Shown here: positions 1-9,938 of the stretch, one piece after another
Position numbering within the stretch: position 1 is the first letter of the stretch
How the letters are laid out: every line of letters begins with the position of its first letter
Source of the DNA: Bacteroidota bacterium
GTDB lineage: Bacteria > Bacteroidota > Bacteroidia > AKYH767-A > 2013-40CM-41-45
NCBI GenBank assembly: GCA_043742705.1
Contig: JAYTXY010000056.1
Span: 1-55,137 of the forward strand
Length of the DNA: 55,137 bases
Direction: 5' to 3'
Translations under genes and position numbers: made by a program
Notes under the pieces: generated by a model
Seen by the model: the letters and a program-made list of their open reading frames with translations, nothing else
What the model was told of the DNA's origin: nothing
Databases searched by the model: none

Positions 1-324
1 ATCGGCAAAGAAGTAAGACGGTTTAAATTCAACGGAGAAGAAAAAGAGTACCTGATGGAATATGCTTTTGAGCCGGAGTTCTCCATTGTAAAAGCATGGA
101 AAGGTGATGCACATGGAAATTTAGTTTTCCGGTTGACGGCACGCAACTTCAATCCGCTCGTTGCTATGGCGGGAAAAACAACAATAGCTGAAGTGGAAGA
201 ACTTGTTGAGCCGGGCGAACTTGATCCGCAACAGATTCATGTTCCCGGAATTTATGTTCACCGGATTTTTAAAGGAGAAAACTTTGAGAAGCGGATTGAG
301 CAGAGAACGGTACGAAAAAAATAA
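1..324 (+). CDS. scoA: 3-oxoacid (succinyl-CoA:3-ketoacid) CoA-transferase subunit A, C-terminal part; the 5' end lies outside the window
   Basis: Frame 1 is open from nt 1. The tail AWKGDAHGNLVFRLTARNFNPLVAMAGKTTIAEVEELVEPGELDP is the conserved C-terminus of family I CoA-transferase alpha subunits. The beta subunit follows downstream. Confidence 0.9.
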   Translation: MGKEVRRFKFNGEEKEYLMEYAFEPEFSIVKAWKGDAHGNLVFRLTARNFNPLVAMAGKTTIAEVEELVEPGELDPQQIHVPGIYVHRIFKGENFEKRIEQRTVRKK

Positions 325-793
325 TTTGATAATTTGATGATGTGCTGATTTGATAATTTATTTTTACTATTTCAAACTTTTCTAAACTTAAAATTATGCA
401 AACTAACAAAGAAAACATTATCGTAAACCTTACTTTTGAATTTGCTCTTTCAGTGATTAAGTATACAGAAATATTAGAAGCAAAAAGAAAGTACAATGTA
501 TCCAATCAGTTGTTTCGTTCAGGGACATCCATTGGAGCTAACGTAAGAGAGGCTCAAAATGCAGAAAGTAAAGTCGACTTTATTCATAAATTAAAAATTG
601 CAGCTAAAGAAGCCGAAGAAACAGAATACTGGATCCTGCTATGTCAACAGTCCGAAAACTATCCCGAGCCAGGTCCATTACGCGATCAAATAGGTTCGAT
701 TCACAAGGTTCTTTCAAAAATTATCTCAAGCTCAAAAATTAAGAACTAAAGTATTCCATCACCAAATCAGCACATCATCAAATTACCAAATTA
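322..793. mobile_element. Candidate inverted-repeat-bounded single-gene cassette (cargo: four-helix-bundle gene) filling the scoA-scoB gap
   Basis: The left arm 322-354 (taatttgataatttgatgatgtgctgatttgat) is the reverse complement of 761-793 with 2 mismatches. The arms start at the scoA stop codon and end 1 nt before the scoB ATG. Confidence 0.5.
396..749 (+). CDS. Four-helix-bundle protein (23S rRNA intervening-sequence protein / S23p / Avd-like family)
   Basis: 117 aa with the family pattern QLFRSGTSIGANVREAQNAES..DFIHKLKIAAKEAEETEYWILLC. It sits alone between scoA and scoB and is bounded by a 33-nt inverted repeat. Confidence 0.85.
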   Translation: MQTNKENIIVNLTFEFALSVIKYTEILEAKRKYNVSNQLFRSGTSIGANVREAQNAESKVDFIHKLKIAAKEAEETEYWILLCQQSENYPEPGPLRDQIGSIHKVLSKIISSSKIKN

Positions 794-794
794 A

Positions 795-1454
795 ATGCTT
801 GACAAAAACGGAATCGCAAAAAGAATTGCAAAAGAAATTAAAGATGGATATTACGTAAACCTCGGAATTGGTATTCCTACGTTATGCGCGAATTATATTC
901 CTGCAGGAATGAACGTGGTGCTGCAATCGGAAAACGGAATTCTCGGCATGGGCGCTTTTCCGTACGAGGGAAATGAAGATCCTGATCTGATTAACGCAGG
1001 AAAACAAACGGTGACACTGCTGAATGGTTCATCTATTTTTGATTCTGCAATGAGTTTCGGAATGATCCGCTCACAGAAAGTGAACCTCACCATTTTAGGC
1101 GCGATGGAAGTAAGCGAAGATGGCGACATCGCCAACTGGAAAATTCCCGGGAAGATGGTGAAAGGTATGGGCGGAGCAATGGATTTGGTGGCTTCTGCAA
1201 AAAATATTATTGTTGCAATGCAGCATGTCAACAAAGCAGGAGAATCCAAGTTACTTCCGAAATGTGAGTTGCCTTTGACAGGAAAACGTTGTGTGAAAAG
1301 AATTGTAACCGAACTTGCCGTGGTGGATGTATTGCCGCAGGGAGGATTCAAATTAATTGAACGCGCTCCGGGAGTAAGTGTTGAAGAAATAAAAAAAGCG
1401 ACAGCAGGAAGACTGCTCGTTGAAGGCGATATTCCAGAAATGAAAATTGACTGA
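795..1454 (+). CDS. scoB: 3-oxoacid CoA-transferase subunit B
   Basis: 219 aa. Contains the catalytic-Glu motif [11 protein letters not shown] and GGAMDLV, typical of beta subunits. Confidence 0.93.
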   Translation: MLDKNGIAKRIAKEIKDGYYVNLGIGIPTLCANYIPAGMNVVLQSENGILGMGAFPYEGNEDPDLINAGKQTVTLLNGSSIFDSAMSFGMIRSQKVNLTILGAMEVSEDGDIANWKIPGKMVKGMGGAMDLVASAKNIIVAMQHVNKAGESKLLPKCELPLTGKRCVKRIVTELAVVDVLPQGGFKLIERAPGVSVEEIKKATAGRLLVEGDIPEMKID

Positions 1455-1479
1455 CCTTTTTAAACTGAAGCATCTTCAC

Positions 1480-2202
1480 ATGACTACAATTACTAAACTT
1501 TCCATCATCATTCCGTGTTACAACGAAGAACGAACTGTTCATCTCATTCTTGACAAGGTTATCAAGGTTCAACTTAGAAATAACATTCAGAAAGAACTCA
1601 TCATTGTAAATGATTGTTCAAAAGACAGCACGAAAGAAACCATTGAAAATTATTTTCGAAATCATCCCGGTGTTGATTACAAACTTTTCAATCATGAAGT
1701 GAATAAAGGAAAAGGTGCTGCCATTCACACAGGAATAACAAAGGCAACGGGAGAATACCTTATCATACAGGATGCGGATCTGGAATACGATCCGAATGAA
1801 TATAATTTATTGCTGCAACCCATCCTTGATGGTTTTGCAGATGTTGTTTTCGGTTCACGATTCATGGGAGGAAATCCTCACCGCATTTTATTTTTCTGGC
1901 ATTCCATCGGTAACAAATTACTGACTACGCTGTCGAACATGCTCACCAACATGAACTTGACGGACATGGAGACCTGTTACAAACTTTTCAGAACCGACAT
2001 CATTCAGAAAATTGATCTCAAAGAAAAACGATTTGGTTTTGAACCGGAAGTCACTGCAAAAATTGCCCGCGTTCCCAAGGTTCGTGTTTACGAAGTTGGC
2101 ATTTCATATTACGGTCGTACATACGAAGAAGGAAAAAAGATCGGATGGAAAGATGGATTTAGGGCGATCTGGTGTATTTTGAAATACAATTTGTTTAGTT
2201 GA
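1480..2202 (+). CDS. Family 2 glycosyltransferase, polyprenol-phosphate sugar synthase-like (DPM1/ArnC/GtrB type)
   Basis: Motifs [19 protein letters not shown] and [11 protein letters not shown] (DxD). The ORF-track start at 1447 is TTG and overlaps scoB, so ATG at 1480 is preferred. Confidence 0.85.
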   Translation: MTTITKLSIIIPCYNEERTVHLILDKVIKVQLRNNIQKELIIVNDCSKDSTKETIENYFRNHPGVDYKLFNHEVNKGKGAAIHTGITKATGEYLIIQDADLEYDPNEYNLLLQPILDGFADVVFGSRFMGGNPHRILFFWHSIGNKLLTTLSNMLTNMNLTDMETCYKLFRTDIIQKIDLKEKRFGFEPEVTAKIARVPKVRVYEVGISYYGRTYEEGKKIGWKDGFRAIWCILKYNLFS

Positions 2203-2240
2203 ATTTCTGACTGCGCATTCCGGAATAAAACAAGAAACTC

Positions 2241-4109
2241 ATGACTGCATTAAAATCAAAATCTTTTTTAACAACCATCTTTCTTGCCCTGCTGATTGCC
2301 TTTTGCTTTTTCAAAAACCCGCGCCAGGAGAACAATAAATATTTTACCAACGATCTTGAATGGGATGTGTTCTCTTACTACATGTACCTTCCCTATACTT
2401 TTGTTTATCACGATATGGGAATGAAGGATCCGAAAATCGTGGAGAACATTTTCAAAAAATATAATTTTCCGGGAACCTATTACCAGGCGTATAAACTGGA
2501 AAATGGAAACTATACTCCAAATTATACGATGGGTTTTGCATTGCTCTGGTCGCCTTTCTTTTTCATCGGGCATACCTGGGCGAAAGCCGGCGGCTATGAT
2601 GTAGACGGCTGGTCCTTTCCCTATCAATTCAGCATTGCTGTCGGAGTATTGTTTTACATTCTCATCGGCTTATTCTTTCTTCGAAAAATATTGCTTCATT
2701 TTTTTTCGGAGAATCTTACTTCACTGGTTTTACTGTTGACCGTTCTCGGTACAAATTATTTGCACGAGGCATTCAACGATTACATGCAGCCACATGCGCA
2801 GATTTTTACGGGCTATGCCGTACTGATCTATTATACCATTCGCTGGCACCAGGAGCAGAAAAAAAAGTACATGATGATTGCAGGACTCGTCATGGGTTTT
2901 ATGATTCTCGCAAGACCCAGTGAAATTCTGTGCCTCTTCATTCCGCTTTTGTGGAATGTATACGATAAAGAATCATTTCAAAAAAAGATTCAGCTGGTTC
3001 GTGCAAATCTTTTTCAGTGTCTCATCCTGATCGGATTTGCTTTCATTCCGTTCATTCCCCAGATCCTGTATTGGAAACACGTTACAGGTGCCTGGTTGTT
3101 TTACAGTTATCAACGTTACGAAGGATTTGATTTTCTGGCTCCGCATATTTTTAATTGTCTCTTCAGCTTTAAGAAAAGCTTATTCATTTATACACCGATC
3201 ATCATATTTCCAATCATCGGAATTTTCCTGATGAAGAAATACAATAAGATGATCTTTCTTCCTTTCCTCCTTTACTTTCTCTCCAATTTTTATTTGCTGA
3301 CAAGCTGGGCTGCCTGGTGGAATGGCGGAAGTTATGGCATGCGGTATTTTGTAGAATCGTATCCGGTGATGGCAATTTCATTCGGATATGTGCTCACCGA
3401 TATTTGGAAAAGGAAATGGTTGCTGAAGTCAATTACTTCTGTGCTGTTGGTTTTATTTACAGCCTTGAATCTTTTTCAGACCTGGCAGTACATGCACTGG
3501 ATCATTCCGGAAGACCGGATGAACTGGGCGTATTACAAACAAATCTTTTTGAAAACAAAAGTGACGGATGATGACCGTAAACTTATGGAAGTACAACGTT
3601 CGTATGACTACACGGAAAGTTTTACTAATCCTGAAGAATATAATCGCCATACAGTGGTTTACCTGAGCTTCGACAATGTCAACACCTCAGATTACGATGA
3701 ATCAAAAAAGGACACCGCTCTTTTTCTTTCCGCTCCTTCTTCTTTTAAAATGACGGAGAACGATGAGTGGGGACCTAATTGCAAGATTCAATACGATCAC
3801 TTGGTTCCTTCCGATAAAGATCATGCATGGCTGAAACTCAGCGCCTGGTATTATTCCGATGCTGACATCAAAGACAATGAGACAAACTTTGTCATCAACA
3901 TGCCTCACCATAAGTATAACCTGAAGTACCGCGCATTTAATTTTTCTCAGTTCCCGTGGAAAAAAGGCGAGTGGAATAAAGTGGAGTTTAATTATATGAC
4001 TCCATTCCCGTATTCCGAAAAAGATCATTTTGAAATTTACATCTGGCATCGCGGCAAACAAACCATGTGGTTAGATAACATGCATGTAGAGGCTTACCTC
4101 AAAAAATAA
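2241..4109 (+). CDS. Large polytopic membrane protein, GT-C-like (ArnT/PMT-like) putative glycosyltransferase with a C-terminal soluble jelly-roll/CBM-like domain
   Basis: 622 aa. About 12 hydrophobic segments are followed by a soluble tail of roughly 190 aa. It is a paralog of 7728..9548: shared DVFSYYMYLPYTFVYHD / DVHWYYAYLPAQFIYHD and WWNGGSYGMRYFVESYP / WWYGGTYGQRSMIDSFP. The functional family is inferred from architecture only. Confidence 0.65.
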   Translation: MTALKSKSFLTTIFLALLIAFCFFKNPRQENNKYFTNDLEWDVFSYYMYLPYTFVYHDMGMKDPKIVENIFKKYNFPGTYYQAYKLENGNYTPNYTMGFALLWSPFFFIGHTWAKAGGYDVDGWSFPYQFSIAVGVLFYILIGLFFLRKILLHFFSENLTSLVLLLTVLGTNYLHEAFNDYMQPHAQIFTGYAVLIYYTIRWHQEQKKKYMMIAGLVMGFMILARPSEILCLFIPLLWNVYDKESFQKKIQLVRANLFQCLILIGFAFIPFIPQILYWKHVTGAWLFYSYQRYEGFDFLAPHIFNCLFSFKKSLFIYTPIIIFPIIGIFLMKKYNKMIFLPFLLYFLSNFYLLTSWAAWWNGGSYGMRYFVESYPVMAISFGYVLTDIWKRKWLLKSITSVLLVLFTALNLFQTWQYMHWIIPEDRMNWAYYKQIFLKTKVTDDDRKLMEVQRSYDYTESFTNPEEYNRHTVVYLSFDNVNTSDYDESKKDTALFLSAPSSFKMTENDEWGPNCKIQYDHLVPSDKDHAWLKLSAWYYSDADIKDNETNFVINMPHHKYNLKYRAFNFSQFPWKKGEWNKVEFNYMTPFPYSEKDHFEIYIWHRGKQTMWLDNMHVEAYLKK

Positions 4110-4126
4110 ATCACATAAAAGTTTTC

Positions 4127-5650
4127 ATGAAAAAATACATTCTCTTTTTTCTTTTTTTATCTGCGTTTGCATCTCTTTGTTTGTTATTCCCGGGTGAATC
4201 AACGGATGATTTTGTTTCAGTGGATAAAAACAAATTTAAAAAAGATGACTTTGTCTCCATTGGCAAACATTCCTTTCAGATGAACGGAAAAGATTTCTTT
4301 CCGGTTACTGTCAACTACATGGTGCACATGCAAACAGACGGAAAGGACTTTTGGGCGCGCCCGGCCATTGATTACACTGCCGATACAATACATGAAAATA
4401 AAACGAAAGAAACCTGTCTGAAAGAGTTGGGTACTGACTTTAAATTGATAAAACAGTTAGGATTTAATTCGGTGCGGGTTATCTCCATCGGTGAGGTAAA
4501 AATAGAAAATGATAGTGATCGGTTCAGCCCAATTTCATTCGGATATTTTGCAGGAGACCATAACGTTGCTTACTCTCCGCTTGCCGATGAGAATAGTTAC
4601 AAAAAATATTTTGAAACACTTTCTCAATTGCTGAACGAAGCCAACAATGCCGGGCTGAAAGTAATTTTAGTGGTGAGAATTCGTCCGCAGGTATTTACAA
4701 CAGAATTTTTCCTCGACAGAATCACCAAGTATTTCCGGAACGATGCAACCCTGATGGCGTATGATTTATTCAACGAGCCGTTATATTTTGATAAGCAGGC
4801 AAGGAACAAAGAAGAGATTAATGTAATCACAAGAAGGTGGAAAAAATTGTGTCATCAAAATGCACCGCATCAATTGATGACAATCGGGCTGGAAGGAATC
4901 CGGGAAGCATTTGCATGGGATCCGTCTATTATCAATGTTGATTTCGTTTCATTTCACCCTTATGAACATGAGCCTGACCAGGTACGAAATGAAATATACT
5001 GGTACAGCAAACATGTGAACAAACCATGGGTCATCGGAGAAACATCTATTCCTGCAGATAATGACTCAATCAAATATGACGAACAAAAATTATTTGCACA
5101 CAAAACACTAGTGCAAGCGCATAACTGCGGAGCGTGGGGTTACTCGTGGTGGCAGTATAAAGATGTTCGTTGGAAAACATATCATTCAAGATACATGGGA
5201 GTGGTTAACTGGAATGGAGAAACGCATGTACAAAATGAAAATCTTGCCGTGTACGGAACAGTAAAACCTGTTGCAGAAGAATTTAAAAACTTTGATCCGG
5301 CAACCGTGAAAGGAGAATGTGCGTGTTTGACAAATTACTACAACTATTCTCAATTCCACGATAGCAGAATTAAAGGACGATTGGTAGATGAAAAAAATAA
5401 TCCGGTTGAAGGCGGAGTTATTATGGCGTGGGACAAATCCTGGGTGATGCCCTATCACACCATCACAAAAGCAGATGGAAGTTTTGAACTCTTAGGCAAT
5501 GTTCCTTTTTATCATTGGATTGCATCTGCCAATGCCCACTCTATGATTCGCGGAGAGCTTTTGCCCGATACTGCAAAACAGGCTGCGGATAAAATTCCAA
5601 CGCTGGATCTCGGGGATTTAAAAATTAAGACGCTCCCGTTTGGGGATTGA
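4127..5650 (+). CDS. Secreted glycoside hydrolase, GH5 (clan GH-A) like, with a C-terminal carboxypeptidase-regulatory-like beta-sandwich
   Basis: N-terminal signal peptide. Contains LMAYDLFNEP (acid/base Glu in NEP) and WVIGETS (nucleophile Glu). The C-terminal GRLVDEKNNPVEGGVIMA...TKADGSFEL resembles a CarboxypepD_reg domain. Confidence 0.75.
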   Translation: MKKYILFFLFLSAFASLCLLFPGESTDDFVSVDKNKFKKDDFVSIGKHSFQMNGKDFFPVTVNYMVHMQTDGKDFWARPAIDYTADTIHENKTKETCLKELGTDFKLIKQLGFNSVRVISIGEVKIENDSDRFSPISFGYFAGDHNVAYSPLADENSYKKYFETLSQLLNEANNAGLKVILVVRIRPQVFTTEFFLDRITKYFRNDATLMAYDLFNEPLYFDKQARNKEEINVITRRWKKLCHQNAPHQLMTIGLEGIREAFAWDPSIINVDFVSFHPYEHEPDQVRNEIYWYSKHVNKPWVIGETSIPADNDSIKYDEQKLFAHKTLVQAHNCGAWGYSWWQYKDVRWKTYHSRYMGVVNWNGETHVQNENLAVYGTVKPVAEEFKNFDPATVKGECACLTNYYNYSQFHDSRIKGRLVDEKNNPVEGGVIMAWDKSWVMPYHTITKADGSFELLGNVPFYHWIASANAHSMIRGELLPDTAKQAADKIPTLDLGDLKIKTLPFGD

Positions 5651-5686
5651 GATCATTTATAATTTTCGATGTTGGCGTAGTGGAAC

Positions 5687-7684
5687 TTATTCCTTCTTCA
5701 CCTCAATCACCTTGAAGGTTTCATTTTTTCCGATGGAAGTGCTACGTGCAAAAAGTCGGAATGATTTTTCATCCACCGTTATGTATTTGCCATTAACGCC
5801 AATAAAAGCAGCGTGCTCTTTATCAAGCCATACCAGTTTAAATGTTTCCCACCCAAGAACGGTCGGTCGTGTAGCAGTGATTTCTTCACCACTTCCCAGT
5901 TCTTCGCATAAAAATCTGTCGTCATAAGCACGGATTGCACATTTGCTGCTGTCAAATAAAATTAAGGTAAATGTTTCCCATTGGTAAGCATCTCCGCGAT
6001 TTGCAATTATCCTGTCCTCTATTGTTTTGTCAGCACAGGCATACATACCATTCATCGCCTGGAGATGTATGCGTGATCTGCCCCTCTCTCGCTTTCCAAA
6101 ATCATTAATGATTTGCAGCCTGCTCATATCCAAGTGGCTGGATTCGCTCCACTTTCTTAAACCATCATAATTGACATTGTCAAAAAAGGAACTGTAATTT
6201 CCCGGATGAGCCCCTGAGTATGCATTGACACATGGAATGTTCAGCTCCTGGGCAGCCAGCATAACATTAAGATGCGTTATTACATTTTCCTTCAGCACTG
6301 ATGGCACGTAAGCTATCGCAGTATAATTTTTATCGTACTGATTTTTTATTTTCTCTTTTAAGACATCTATTTGTTTCTGCGACTCCGACTTGTCATATCG
6401 TTTAACTTCTTCCGGGTTAATAAGATTATCCGCAACGATTAAAAATGGAAAACTCAGCAACATCATTTTCGCAGCGCGGCTATATTTCTGAATCTCATTA
6501 AAAACAAAAACAAATATCAGAATAAAGAACATGACCTCCGTATTAATCACCCTGTTAATAGATCGCATGGAAGAAAATCCCGGCAACTGAAAAATGATTT
6601 TATACAATGTGATCCCCCTAATGTTTAAACAGAAAATGAAACTCAGAAAAAGTCCGAGCGAAAGGAAACCGATGAACTTTCTTTTCTCTCGCTCTATCTT
6701 TTTTGACAAAAGGATGAATGGAAGAATAAGAACTCCTAACCAAGGAAGCGCACCCATAAATAGAAAATGACACCACCAGTCTTTTAAGGACATTCCATGT
6801 TCTGACAATAAACTCGCCCACAATATCGGAGCCTTCGAGGTAAAAAAATAGGACCGCCAGGTTGGGATAGAACTGTATGCATCTTCAAATGTTCGCATGC
6901 CCAGCGTATGTGCAATTTCTATATACGGCATCATCAAGGGTGCAGACAAAATGCAGGCAAGTAAAATCACAGCTACGTGATAGCTCAGTGTTTTTATTTT
7001 CCTGAACTGATTAAAGAGTTCCCAGTCTCTGTATACGGAAATGTAAGCAATGAGTAGAAAAAGCAACGTGTACAGTAAAAAGAACCCGAGGTAGATGCCG
7101 CAATAAAACTGGTAGACAATTCCAAGCATGAGCAACAGAAAATATTTCAATTGCTTTTGTTGTAAATATTCCCAACTCCAGTAAAATATTAACGGAACCA
7201 TAAACCGTGGAAAGACCTGCACGTTTGTTATATGTCCAAGTATGAAAATGGAAAAAGCAAAAATGTAAGCTCCGGTCGCTGATAAAATTGAATTCCCTGA
7301 CCACTTTTTCAGAACCCAGTAACAAAAAATATAATTCAATAAAAACAAACTGAGGAGCCAAAACTGAAATGCACTTTCTCTATCTTGTCCAAATATCCTG
7401 AACATGGAATAGATTGGAACGGTTCCCAATAAATTATCTGATAATGCAATTACATTGTGATATGGATACATAAATGGAGCATCCCAATATTTATGAACGT
7501 CACCGATCAGGTATTTGTGACCGTGTTCGAGGATATAATTATTAAACCTGGCATCTCCCATATCTCCGGGGATTTTTGAAAAATCAGGTCCAAAAATTTT
7601 CATTGGAACTAAGTATAAACCGGCGACAAGAAGAATAGCGGGAAGTAAAAAAGATTTTATCTTTTTCATACGATCAGAATTCAT
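5687..7684 (-). CDS. Large polytopic membrane protein (GT-C-like candidate) with a C-terminal three-repeat WETF beta-trefoil (fascin/MIR-like) module
   Basis: 665 aa. The N-terminus reads GDMGDARFNNYILEH and is followed by many TM segments. The C-terminal ~125 aa has three repeats containing ANRGDAYQWETF, ATRPTVLGWETF and IGKNETF. Confidence 0.65.
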   Translation of the reverse strand: MNSDRMKKIKSFLLPAILLVAGLYLVPMKIFGPDFSKIPGDMGDARFNNYILEHGHKYLIGDVHKYWDAPFMYPYHNVIALSDNLLGTVPIYSMFRIFGQDRESAFQFWLLSLFLLNYIFCYWVLKKWSGNSILSATGAYIFAFSIFILGHITNVQVFPRFMVPLIFYWSWEYLQQKQLKYFLLLMLGIVYQFYCGIYLGFFLLYTLLFLLIAYISVYRDWELFNQFRKIKTLSYHVAVILLACILSAPLMMPYIEIAHTLGMRTFEDAYSSIPTWRSYFFTSKAPILWASLLSEHGMSLKDWWCHFLFMGALPWLGVLILPFILLSKKIEREKRKFIGFLSLGLFLSFIFCLNIRGITLYKIIFQLPGFSSMRSINRVINTEVMFFILIFVFVFNEIQKYSRAAKMMLLSFPFLIVADNLINPEEVKRYDKSESQKQIDVLKEKIKNQYDKNYTAIAYVPSVLKENVITHLNVMLAAQELNIPCVNAYSGAHPGNYSSFFDNVNYDGLRKWSESSHLDMSRLQIINDFGKRERGRSRIHLQAMNGMYACADKTIEDRIIANRGDAYQWETFTLILFDSSKCAIRAYDDRFLCEELGSGEEITATRPTVLGWETFKLVWLDKEHAAFIGVNGKYITVDEKSFRLFARSTSIGKNETFKVIEVKKE

Positions 7685-7727
7685 GTGTCAGGATTGAAGC
7701 TGTTATCAAAAGCTACTGCTATTTATT

Positions 7728-9548
7728 TTACTTAAACAGTATTTTAAATTTTTCCTTATCTCCTATCTCATCACTCGTTGCGAAAACCTGTCCCCCCATT
7801 TTTTTTTCATCCACAGTAAAATATTTTCCATCTACGGCTTTAAAGGCAACATAATCATTGGCAAAATCGATGCGTGTAAAACTCTCCCACCCACCCATGT
7901 CGGGCCTGGTCGCTGTAATTTCTGAATCTTCGTTCAACTCAACCGACAGGAAAAGATTTTTAAATGATTGAATGACACATTCATTATTTTCAAATGTAAC
8001 CAGTGAGAACGTTTCCCAGTTGCCTGTGTCGTCCCGGTTAGCAACAACAAAGTCCGAATTGGCTTCATCCGCACAAAGAAATTTATTATTAAACGCTTTG
8101 AAACAAACTCGCTTTTTGCTGAGAACTTTTTTCTTATTGTAGTTATTTTCACCGCCGGAGTTTGAAAGATCTGATAACTGGTTTTCGGAGCGCTCTCCTC
8201 TTTTTGCTGCTTCAGAACTTGGAACCTTTACCCACTTATAAAAATCTTTGATCGGGTCGAGCTTGCCGAATTGTTTCACGTACAATTCTTTTGTCATTCC
8301 ATCCCAGTGCAAAGAAGAAAATTCAAACTGATACGTTTGAAAAATATTCAACCAAATAAAAAAGACAGCTATGCAAATAAACAGTCCTTTATAAATCCAT
8401 TTTCTCCCGGATAAATATTGTACAAAGGAAGCGAATGGAATTGCGAGGATGGGGAATGAGTCAATCATGCTGCGTTGTCCGTATGTTCCGCCATACCACC
8501 AACACCACCATGAAAAAATAATATAGACGTTGACAACAAAGAACAGGATGATTGGTAGCCGTAACTTTTTCACAACTCCCTTCATCAAAAATAATCCAAC
8601 GAGGGAAAATGCCATCATGGGCGTATAAAGCAACCAGCCTTTTCGAAAGCCGAAAAAGCCGGACAGAATTTTAGGTTGCCCAAAAAAGAAACTTTCTCCG
8701 GGGTAAGAATCACACAGGTAATTTCCCGTAGTTGCTTTCCAGTACATGAATTGAGGAACCCAGATCAGGAAAGCAAAAAATCCAATTACATTAATGAGAA
8801 ACCAGTCTCTTTTCAAAAAGGTCATTCTCTCTTTTAATTCAGCAACTGTTGAAACACCGTAGAGAAAGAAAAAGATAAGGATGATTCCATTGGAAGGTCT
8901 GATCAATGAAATCAGACCCAGCGTCAATCCGAGAATGATGGTATTCTTTGCAGACTGAGATTCGTACCATCGTATGGTGTAAAAAATAAAAACCGCGAAG
9001 AGGAAAAAATTGTAAACATGCGGCATGGGAGCTGATTGCGAAGCGTAGCACAATAAATTTGTTCCAAGCCCAATCAGCAATAGCGTAATTGCAATGTGTG
9101 CTTCGGAAAAATTATAGTGTCGTAATATTTTTCGCACATAATCCAGCCCGACAAACAGGTAGAAGACGGCACTCAGCAAAAGAAAAATTTTATATGGCTC
9201 GGAAAAACCATTCTCTGCATAGTTGGTGAAATGAGCAAAGGTATGCGCAACAAAAAAGAACGGAGCGTAAAGTATTGATAGCCCCAGTGTTGACTTAATT
9301 ACATTTTTGCCTTCGGGAGTTTGGACTGTCCAAAACAAATCATGGAGATCTCCATACTTGTAATTAATGTTACTTAACGTTATGTCGTGATAAATAAATT
9401 GAGCCGGCAAATACGCATAGTACCAATGAACATCGTGTTCAATAACCCGGTTGCTTTTGTTCCAACTCTTTAAATCAAAATCAATCCACAGGGATGCAAA
9501 TACAATAATGGCAATTGCGATTGTAGAGAATTGAATTTTCCCTTTCAT
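7728..9548 (-). CDS. GT-C-like polytopic membrane protein (paralog of 2241..4109) with a C-terminal WETF beta-trefoil module
   Basis: 606 aa. The TM core is homologous to 2241..4109. The C-terminal repeats ANRDDTGNWETF, ATRPDMGGWESF and IGDKEKF closely match the tail of 5687..7684. Confidence 0.65.
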   Translation of the reverse strand: MKGKIQFSTIAIAIIVFASLWIDFDLKSWNKSNRVIEHDVHWYYAYLPAQFIYHDITLSNINYKYGDLHDLFWTVQTPEGKNVIKSTLGLSILYAPFFFVAHTFAHFTNYAENGFSEPYKIFLLLSAVFYLFVGLDYVRKILRHYNFSEAHIAITLLLIGLGTNLLCYASQSAPMPHVYNFFLFAVFIFYTIRWYESQSAKNTIILGLTLGLISLIRPSNGIILIFFFLYGVSTVAELKERMTFLKRDWFLINVIGFFAFLIWVPQFMYWKATTGNYLCDSYPGESFFFGQPKILSGFFGFRKGWLLYTPMMAFSLVGLFLMKGVVKKLRLPIILFFVVNVYIIFSWWCWWYGGTYGQRSMIDSFPILAIPFASFVQYLSGRKWIYKGLFICIAVFFIWLNIFQTYQFEFSSLHWDGMTKELYVKQFGKLDPIKDFYKWVKVPSSEAAKRGERSENQLSDLSNSGGENNYNKKKVLSKKRVCFKAFNNKFLCADEANSDFVVANRDDTGNWETFSLVTFENNECVIQSFKNLFLSVELNEDSEITATRPDMGGWESFTRIDFANDYVAFKAVDGKYFTVDEKKMGGQVFATSDEIGDKEKFKILFK

Positions 9549-9566
9549 ATTTTCAGTTTGATTTTT

Positions 9567-9932
9567 TCACCAGGGATTCTCAAGGTCTTCTCGGGTATAA
9601 ACATGATCACGGACGGTATAATACGAATTGCCTGATGTCTTTTTCAGCTGCAACGAATCCTTTTTAATAAACAACCTTGAGAGCAACGCGATTGGAAACA
9701 GGAAAACAAAAAACACCACGGAAAGAATAACTTTCGACATCACCGTTCCCATGACGTGGGAAAGTTTCATCCACAGCCAATGAATTTTTTCCGTCAGGTA
9801 GTTACTGAATAAACCAATTGAAGAAACAATCACAATCGCAGGAAGCAAGTAATGATTCTTTGTCACCCAATAGATGACAGCCAAACCGAGTACAATACTC
9901 AAGATGGTTTCTAACTGTTTCTCCCGTTTCAT
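9567..9932 (-). CDS. SxtJ-family small membrane protein
   Basis: 121 aa with 3-4 TM segments and a C-terminus ...REDLENPW. It lies directly downstream of a carbamoyltransferase and a DUF5989 mini-ORF, the arrangement known from sxtI-sxtJ-sxtK. Confidence 0.75.
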   Translation of the reverse strand: MKREKQLETILSIVLGLAVIYWVTKNHYLLPAIVIVSSIGLFSNYLTEKIHWLWMKLSHVMGTVMSKVILSVVFFVFLFPIALLSRLFIKKDSLQLKKTSGNSYYTVRDHVYTREDLENPW

Positions 9933-9938
9933 GCGTGA

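Noticed and set aside
5628-5650. The GH5 C-terminus ...KTLPFGD* (ctcccgtttggggattga) as a possible third copy of the LPFGE palindromic element.
   Set aside because: Only about 14 nt resemble the element, there is no palindrome partner, and the match ends at the stop codon. The evidence is too weak.
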